Shown here: in pieces, positions 57,820 through 64,000 of the stretch
How positions within the stretch are numbered: the stretch's first letter is position 1
How the letters are laid out: each line of letters begins with the position of its first letter
NCBI GenBank assembly: GCA_041690135.1
Contig: JAWLHY010000001.1
Coordinates: 1-64,000 of the forward strand
Length of the DNA stretch: 64,000 nucleotides
From: Armatimonadota bacterium
GTDB taxonomy: Bacteria; Armatimonadota; SYMT01
Direction of reading: 5' to 3'
The notes under the pieces: generated by a model
Seen by the model: only the letters and a program-made list of their open reading frames with translations
Databases searched by the model: none
Told to the model about the DNA's origin: nothing
Translations under genes and position numbers: made by a program

Positions 57820-59238
57820 ATGATGCCCTTTTCTCCGTCCGAGAGACACAAGACACCCCCAGTGCGGTCCCGAAGGGAAGCGGCTACGAATACGAGAGCG
57901 CGACGGGTGCTGGCGGGGTTCGGGTGCGCGGGAACCATTCTGACGGTCCTGTTCCTGGTGCTGGCGTTCGCCCGGCATACGGGCATCTGGGATCTCAGCG
58001 AGCATCGCGCGATCCGCTACCGGAGCACTCAACCCTCCGACCCTATCGCGCGGCTGCAGCGACGGATCGACGCGGGAGAGATCGCGCTGTCGCGAGAGCC
58101 GGGCCATGGCTACCTCTCCGCTCTCCTGCGCAATCTGGAGATTCCGGTCCTGTCGCAGGGCCTGGTCTTCTCCAAAACCAGCTTCCATCGCGACCTGATC
58201 TCCCCCAAAACGCCGCGCGCGCTCTACTTCAACGACCACACTTACGTCGGTTGGGTGCCGCACGCGGAGAATCTGGAGATCGCGACCCTGGATCCACAAC
58301 TCGGAACCGTGTTCTATACCCTCGATCAGCGACAGGAGCCGCCGCGGTTCGTACGCCGCACCCACGAGTGCCTGCAGTGCCACAGCGCCGGGCGAACCCA
58401 ACGAGTTCCAGGACTGGTGCTCCGGTCCGTTTTCACCAACGAGCAGGGACGACCGGCGCGGTTCGGGCAAAACATCGTCCTGACCGACGCCACCCCGTTC
58501 GCAGACCGCTGGGGCGGCTGGTACGTGTCCGGCACACACGGTGCCATGCTCCATCGCGGGAACCAGGCGCGCACCGGGACGGGGAACTCGAAACAGCCCG
58601 ACCTGAAAAAGGGGGCGAATGTCACGGACCTGGGGCAGCTTTTCGACCCAACATCCTACCTGGCTCCGCACTCGGACATCGTCGCGCTCATGCTTCTGCA
58701 GCACCAGGCCCACCTGCACAACGTGATGACCCGGGCGAACTTCGACACGCGGGTCGCCCTGGCGGAAACACCCGGCTCCGCCGTGAATCGGACCCTGGAA
58801 GCGGACGAATCCGACTTCGAGGAACTTTCCGAGGAGGCGCGCATGCGGGTCGGCAAGGCCACGGAGGCGCTGGTGCGAGCGCTACTCTTTGCCGGAGAAG
58901 CACCCCTCCGCTCCCAGGTCCGGGGTACCACCTCCTTCGCGCGAGACTTCGCCGCGCGGGGTCCCCACGACCGGAAGGGCCGATCCCTCCGGGAGCTGGA
59001 TCTGCGCCGGCGACTCCTCCGGTATCCCTGCAGCTACCTGATCCATTCCGAGCAGTTCGACGGTCTGCCGCGCCCCACCCGGGAATACGTTTACCGGCGC
59101 CTCTGGCAGGTATTGGATGGAAAGGATAATGAAGTAGGTTTCCGGCACCTGACGGACGAGGACCGCGCGGCCCTGATCGAGATCCTTACCGACACCCGGC
59201 CCGGTTTTGCGGCCGCACAACCAGCAGATTTCCCATAA
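57820..59238 (+). CDS. Exported hypothetical protein with one CxxCH motif
   Basis: N-terminal TM; FSKTS, PRALYFND..YVG, CLQCH, RWGGWYV.G.HG; start uncertain. Confidence 0.7.
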   Translation: MMPFSPSERHKTPPVRSRREAATNTRARRVLAGFGCAGTILTVLFLVLAFARHTGIWDLSEHRAIRYRSTQPSDPIARLQRRIDAGEIALSREPGHGYLSALLRNLEIPVLSQGLVFSKTSFHRDLISPKTPRALYFNDHTYVGWVPHAENLEIATLDPQLGTVFYTLDQRQEPPRFVRRTHECLQCHSAGRTQRVPGLVLRSVFTNEQGRPARFGQNIVLTDATPFADRWGGWYVSGTHGAMLHRGNQARTGTGNSKQPDLKKGANVTDLGQLFDPTSYLAPHSDIVALMLLQHQAHLHNVMTRANFDTRVALAETPGSAVNRTLEADESDFEELSEEARMRVGKATEALVRALLFAGEAPLRSQVRGTTSFARDFAARGPHDRKGRSLRELDLRRRLLRYPCSYLIHSEQFDGLPRPTREYVYRRLWQVLDGKDNEVGFRHLTDEDRAALIEILTDTRPGFAAAQPADFP

Positions 59239-59258
59239 CGAACCCTGGAGACTTCCGG

Positions 59259-59837
59259 ATGCAGCGCTATCTTCCCGCCATCGCTTGTCTGGCCGTGCTG
59301 TTGAGCCCCGTGCTGGCCCAAAACCGGCCGTCACGCGGGAAAGCGAATGCGACCAAAACAAAGCAGGCAACCGCCAGCCTGAAGCCCACCCCGCCGGCGC
59401 CGGCAACCGGGGTGAGCGTGGAGGAGGCCCGCCGGACCGTGGAACTACTGAACGATGTCTACCAGGTGAGCCTGCAGGAGATTCACCGCCGCTTCCCGAT
59501 CGGTGGCGGTCAACCCATCGTGGCCGCCCTGGTCATCCGGGACATCCAGAAGCGGGTCAGTAACCGGCGCGGGGTGCAATCCCGATTTCTGGCGGTCGAT
59601 ACGCGCGCAATGAATCTCGACCACGCGGCGAAAGACGCCTTCGAGCGCCGGGCGGTGGAGAAACTGGCGGCGGGGGCGCGCCGCTGGGAAGTGGTGGAGA
59701 ACGGTCAACTGCGCGTTGCCACCGTGGTGCCCCTGGGTGGCACCTGCTTTCCGTGCCACTCCACGGCAAAGGGAGACATGGGTCGCGCGGCGATCAGTTG
59801 GAAGGTGGCGCTGGGTCCCACGTCGGGACAGGAGTAA
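59259..59837 (+). CDS. DUF3365-like c-type heme protein
   Basis: Signal peptide; D.FE..A; C-terminal CFPCH. Confidence 0.75.
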   Translation: MQRYLPAIACLAVLLSPVLAQNRPSRGKANATKTKQATASLKPTPPAPATGVSVEEARRTVELLNDVYQVSLQEIHRRFPIGGGQPIVAALVIRDIQKRVSNRRGVQSRFLAVDTRAMNLDHAAKDAFERRAVEKLAAGARRWEVVENGQLRVATVVPLGGTCFPCHSTAKGDMGRAAISWKVALGPTSGQE

Positions 59838-59840
59838 GCT

Positions 59841-60170
59841 CTAGCCGAAAGTTCTCTCTGCGGAACCACCCACCCGCCGGCGCCACCACCGCTCCATGGC
59901 CCGGGCTGTGAGAAAAATGGCGAATAACACCGCGGCGAGTGGTGACGCCACCCAACCGAGCATCCATAGGAGACCCAGGGCCCCAGCCATCACCACAGCT
60001 TCTATCCCCGGTCGTCCGCGTAAGAACGCCAGGGCCAATCCGAAGAGGGCCGCGACGGGAGCCAGGAATCCCACGCTGACGAGGCCCGTGAACAGGGCCG
60101 CGGAGACCAGGGCGATGACCGTTCGCCCGATCACGACCTCTTTAGCCGTGTAACTCTGGCTCTGCATCAT
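59841..60170 (-). CDS. Small hypothetical membrane protein
   Basis: gagagg RBS; strongly hydrophobic. Confidence 0.6.
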   Translation of the reverse strand: MMQSQSYTAKEVVIGRTVIALVSAALFTGLVSVGFLAPVAALFGLALAFLRGRPGIEAVVMAGALGLLWMLGWVASPLAAVLFAIFLTARAMERWWRRRVGGSAERTFG

Positions 60171-60190
60171 CCTCTCAAACGCAGCTCTTC

Positions 60191-60520
60191 TCAGACGCAG
60201 TTCTTCGAGAAGCGCAGGAAGGGTGCCTGGCGGGTGCGCGGGTCCGGATCGAACAGTGCGCCGACGATCCCGCGCTGCGCGAACTGCCGCGCCCGAGCGC
60301 CGAACTCCTTCCGATTGCGGGAGAAGACGACCGCCCGCAGCGAAGCCTTCTCGACCTCATCGCACTCGTTGAGGTACTCCTGGGCGGCATCCAGGGAAGT
60401 AAAAACCAGGACGCAATGTCCCAGAGGAATGGCGGCCCGACGCGATGAGCCATCCGCGGCTTCGACCTGCCACAGCACGTGATCAAAAACAGAGCTAGGT
60501 AAACACTTCGTTCCGAGCAT
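60191..60520 (-). CDS. Hypothetical protein
   Basis: gggtggg RBS; globular composition (VLVFTSLDAAQEYL). Confidence 0.55.
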   Translation of the reverse strand: MLGTKCLPSSVFDHVLWQVEAADGSSRRAAIPLGHCVLVFTSLDAAQEYLNECDEVEKASLRAVVFSRNRKEFGARARQFAQRGIVGALFDPDPRTRQAPFLRFSKNCV

Positions 60521-60938
60521 CGTCCCACCCGGCCATCCGGACCCGAAAAACGGGAGGCACCTGTCATTTTCCGCCCTTCGGTGCCGCAATTATATCTTCA
60601 GTCCGGGCCGTGTCGGTCACATCGAATGCGGCATGAATGCGGAATGGAAGGGCTCGTTTGGCGACCCGGACGGTCTGTATCTACCCGGTTTCGGGCGTCG
60701 TACAAACGGGCAAGCCCCGGATGAACCGCACCCTCACCCCTGGCTCCTGCCTTTCGTAGATGCTTGCATACACATCGCCGGACCGATATGTACCTTAGGA
60801 AGCAGCAAGCAGCAGAATTCGCTCGCCCCACTTTGCTCCCGCGTTCCGAAAGCGAGAGTGCTGCGCCACGTACCGGCCGGCCCGCGCTCATCATCCGCTC
60901 CACTACCCGCTCCATCATCCATCGCCGCACCCGCACCC

Positions 60939-63182
60939 ATGTCTTCCAGCCCCAACGAGGTTCTCGAGATCCGCTCCCCCGTCTCACTCGACGAGACGAT
61001 GAACATCCTGCGCCGCCGTAAGGGGGTGTTCCTCCAGGCGTTCATCGCGGTGGTGGCGGTCGGCATCCTGGTGACGGCTTCCACCAAGCCGGTCTATCGC
61101 ACCTGGGCGCGGCTCCTGGTGCCGGCGGGAAGCCGTTCCGTGAGCCTGGTCGACTCCGCCAACCCGATCGCCGCGATGGTGGCGGCGGCCCAGCCGGATA
61201 GCCTCGCCACGCAGCTACAGATCCTGCAAAGCCGCCCCTTTCTCGCCGATGCCCGAAAGGCGGCCGGTCTCGCGGACCGGCCCGACGTCGTCCCGGCGAC
61301 GGTCCGTATCGAAGCGCTCGAGGAATCGAGCGTCATCCAGATCACCGTGGAGGGGGGAGACCGCCAGGGCATCGCGGACCTGGCCAACGCCGTGGTGGAC
61401 CTCCATCTGGAGCGGACGGACCTCCTCGCCACCACGGGTCTCCAGGATACGCTCACGTTTGTCCGCAAGGAGAAGGAGAAGGCGCGGAAGGGATTGGTGG
61501 CGGCCGAGCAGCGCCTGGTCCAGTTCCGTAAGGAGCACCGGATCGTCCAACTGGCGGCAGAGCAGGAGGCCCAGGCCAAGGAGTATGTCGAGCTGGAAGC
61601 GCGGGTCCGGGAGTTGGAGAGCAACATCCTCACCACCCGTGCCCAGGTGCAGGAGCTGCGTACCCGGCTCTCGCGCATGCCCATCGACCTGGTCCAGGAA
61701 TCGACGAAGGAGAACCCCCGCGCAGCGCGCCTGCAGGAGCGACTGGATGAGCTGAGCGCGCAGCGGGAGGAGCTGCTGACCGACTTCAAGCCCACCAGCA
61801 GCCGCGTGCAGGCGCTCGACAGACAGATAGCGGCCCTCCGGCTACAGCGGGAAGGCGAGCCGGAGCAACTCACGGTACGGACGCATTCCCCCAATCCCGA
61901 GCGACCGCCGCTGCAGGCGGAGCTCGCCCGCCTGGAAGCTCAGCTCCGCGGCCACGAAGTCGCCTTCAACGCCGCACGCGCCCGGCTGCAGACGCGAAAG
62001 GCGCTGGTGGATAACCTGGGCCCCTGGGAGGTGGAGCAGACGCGTTTGGTCCGGGAGCGCGACCAGGCCCAAACGGCGGACACACAATTGGCGGAGCGAC
62101 TCCGGAACCTGGAGATCCAGGTCAACGCCCGCGTGCGCACCGCCCGCATCCTCGAGCGAGCCTTCGTTCCGGGAACCCCGGTGCTGCCCCGGAAGGCCGA
62201 CAACCTGGTTATCGCGGTGGCCGCCGCGCTCTGCTTCGGCATCGGTATGGCCTTCCTGGCGGAATACCTGGACGACCGGGTGAACACCCCCACCGATTTC
62301 GATCGCTTCTCTCACCTGCCGCCGCTCGCCACCGTTCCCCAGATCGGCAGCGGCGAGACCGCACTGCTCTCCGCGATGCCGGTCTACTCCCACGTGGCCG
62401 AAGCGTATCGCGCCCTTCGCTCGAGCATCATGTTCGCCGCGCTGGATCACCCGGTGCGGCGGCTCCTGGTGACGAGCGCCAACAAGAGCGAGGGGAAGAC
62501 GCTGACCTCGGTCAACCTCGCTACGGCCATGGCGCTCGACGGCAAGCGCGTAATCCTGGTCGATGCCGACCTCCGGCGACCCCACGTGCACGCCACCCTC
62601 GGACTGCCGGGAGCACCCGGCCTCTCGGAGGTTCTGGTCGGTGTTAAGACGGTAGATGAAGTGCTGCACCCCACCGGGACGGAGAACCTCCAGGCGATCT
62701 GCGGCGGCGCCATTCCGCCGAACCCGGCGGAGCTTCTCGGCTCGCCGGCTTTCGACCGGCTCATGACGGATCTGGAGGCACGCGCGGACGTCGTGGTCTT
62801 CGACAGCCCGCCCTGCGTGCCGGTGACCGACCCCCTGCTGCTCGCGGCCCGCATGGATGGCGTGGTGCTGGTCGTTCAGGTGGGCCAGACCCGCCGGGCC
62901 GCCATCCGTCATGTGGAAGAGCAACTGCGCCGCGCCCGCGCCCGCGTACTGGGGGTCGTCTTCAACCGCTTCGAGCAGCGAAAACACGGCTACTACCAGC
63001 ACTACGGCTACGGCTACTACGGAGATACCGCGCCTGCGAACGGCCAGAGAGTGAAGGTCCCCGGTCTGAACGCCCGGGGGGCTAACGGACATGCGAGCAA
63101 CGGGCACAGCCCGAACGGGAAGGAGCACTCCGAGGACCAACCGGTCCGGGGGCTTCCCGAGAGCACGGGGCGGGAGAACTGA
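60939..63182 (+). CDS. wzc: Polysaccharide co-polymerase/tyrosine autokinase (Wzc-like)
   Basis: TM-coiled coil-TM; AEAYRALR, TSANKSEGKT, DADLRRP, PPNPAELL, DSPP, C-terminal Tyr cluster. Confidence 0.92.
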   Translation: MSSSPNEVLEIRSPVSLDETMNILRRRKGVFLQAFIAVVAVGILVTASTKPVYRTWARLLVPAGSRSVSLVDSANPIAAMVAAAQPDSLATQLQILQSRPFLADARKAAGLADRPDVVPATVRIEALEESSVIQITVEGGDRQGIADLANAVVDLHLERTDLLATTGLQDTLTFVRKEKEKARKGLVAAEQRLVQFRKEHRIVQLAAEQEAQAKEYVELEARVRELESNILTTRAQVQELRTRLSRMPIDLVQESTKENPRAARLQERLDELSAQREELLTDFKPTSSRVQALDRQIAALRLQREGEPEQLTVRTHSPNPERPPLQAELARLEAQLRGHEVAFNAARARLQTRKALVDNLGPWEVEQTRLVRERDQAQTADTQLAERLRNLEIQVNARVRTARILERAFVPGTPVLPRKADNLVIAVAAALCFGIGMAFLAEYLDDRVNTPTDFDRFSHLPPLATVPQIGSGETALLSAMPVYSHVAEAYRALRSSIMFAALDHPVRRLLVTSANKSEGKTLTSVNLATAMALDGKRVILVDADLRRPHVHATLGLPGAPGLSEVLVGVKTVDEVLHPTGTENLQAICGGAIPPNPAELLGSPAFDRLMTDLEARADVVVFDSPPCVPVTDPLLLAARMDGVVLVVQVGQTRRAAIRHVEEQLRRARARVLGVVFNRFEQRKHGYYQHYGYGYYGDTAPANGQRVKVPGLNARGANGHASNGHSPNGKEHSEDQPVRGLPESTGREN

Positions 63183-63183
63183 G

Positions 63184-64000
63184 ATGAAGCGTGTGGGACA
63201 GCCCCTGCGACTCGGCGGCATTTCCTGGGTCCTGGCCGCCCTGGCCCTGCTGGCGACGATTGTTCCGGCCGCGGCGGCGGAAGGGGCACCCGCACAGGAG
63301 GCGCCCCCACCACCCGGCCGGACCACCGAGACCGCCGCCTACCGCTTACAGCCCGGTGATGAGGTGTCGATCGCGGTTCTCCCCCGGAAGGAGTTCGACT
63401 GCGCAGGCCTCATCCTGCCGGATGGGATGCTCTACCTGCCGAACATCGGCGGCTTGAAGGCGGCGGGAATGACGATTCCGGAGCTCGCCGGGGCCGTGCG
63501 GAAGGTGCTGGAGGAGGAACTGGTGGAGCCCCGCGTCACTGTGGCGCTGGCTCGCATGGCCCCGCCACCCGCCGAGAAGCCCGCTAGACCCGGCACCATC
63601 ACCCTGATCGGCGCCGTGCCGCGGACCGGACCGCTCCCCCTCGAAATGGGTCTCCGCGTCCGGCGGGCTCTCGACCTGGCGGGCGGCACGGACCCCGATG
63701 CCGACCTCACCCAGATCGTCATTCTGCACGCCGACCTCACCCGCACCCTGGTGGACCTCTCGACCGACGAGCGGGTCTCCAACCCGGCTCACAACCGCCT
63801 GTTGCAGGACGGCGACTCGATAGAGATCCGCCGGAAGCCGGTGGTGCGGAAAGAGGCCTCGCGCGTGCGGATCAGCGGAGAGGTGCAGACCCCCGGCCCG
63901 TACGATTTGCGGGACGGGATGACGCTGGAAGACCTCATCATCGCCGCGGGCAAGCTGCGACCCCTGGCGGACGTGGAGCGCGTCGAGTTGCATCGCCCCG
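63184..64000 (+). CDS. Polysaccharide export protein with SLBB domains (Wza-like), truncated at window end
   Basis: Translated by hand from ATG 63184: YRLQPGDEVSI..PDGMLYLP.IG.LKAAGMT..EL; ISGEVQTPG.Y. Confidence 0.88.
   Translation, partial: MKRVGQPLRLGGISWVLAALALLATIVPAAAAEGAPAQEAPPPPGRTTETAAYRLQPGDEVSIAVLPRKEFDCAGLILPDGMLYLPNIGGLKAAGMTIPELAGAVRKVLEEELVEPRVTVALARMAPPPAEKPARPGTITLIGAVPRTGPLPLEMGLRVRRALDLAGGTDPDADLTQIVILHADLTRTLVDLSTDERVSNPAHNRLLQDGDSIEIRRKPVVRKEASRVRISGEVQTPGPYDLRDGMTLEDLIIAAGKLRPLADVERVELHRP

Overview
GC-rich bacterial chromosomal window. Paired DUF1559-type prepilins, three DUF1501 genes and predicted outer-membrane barrels suggest Armatimonadota or a Planctomycete-like diderm (inference). 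About 47 probable CDSs, including leuCD with a divergent LysR, aspS, queE, oligopeptidase B, wzc/wza, a PAS hybrid kinase, an alternative sigma factor, a 1682-aa adhesin-like protein and an Rpn nuclease. No rRNA, tRNA or CRISPR array was recognised. The main candidates for something new are: (1) a two-gene CHAT (caspase-like) protease plus alpha/beta-hydrolase module whose hydrolase insert is rich in V/T-R-G/D motifs; (2) a ~70-nt candidate sRNA between queE and aspS with a sigma28-type promoter, an anti-Shine-Dalgarno loop and a terminator; (3) a family of paralogous beta-barrel genes (two intact, one decayed) with a shared upstream motif, flanking a large TPR gene; (4) a REP-like palindrome inserted in frame in a DUF3293 gene; (5) intergenic elements built from 6-9-nt tandem repeats. 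All family assignments come from motif recognition by eye, not database searches.
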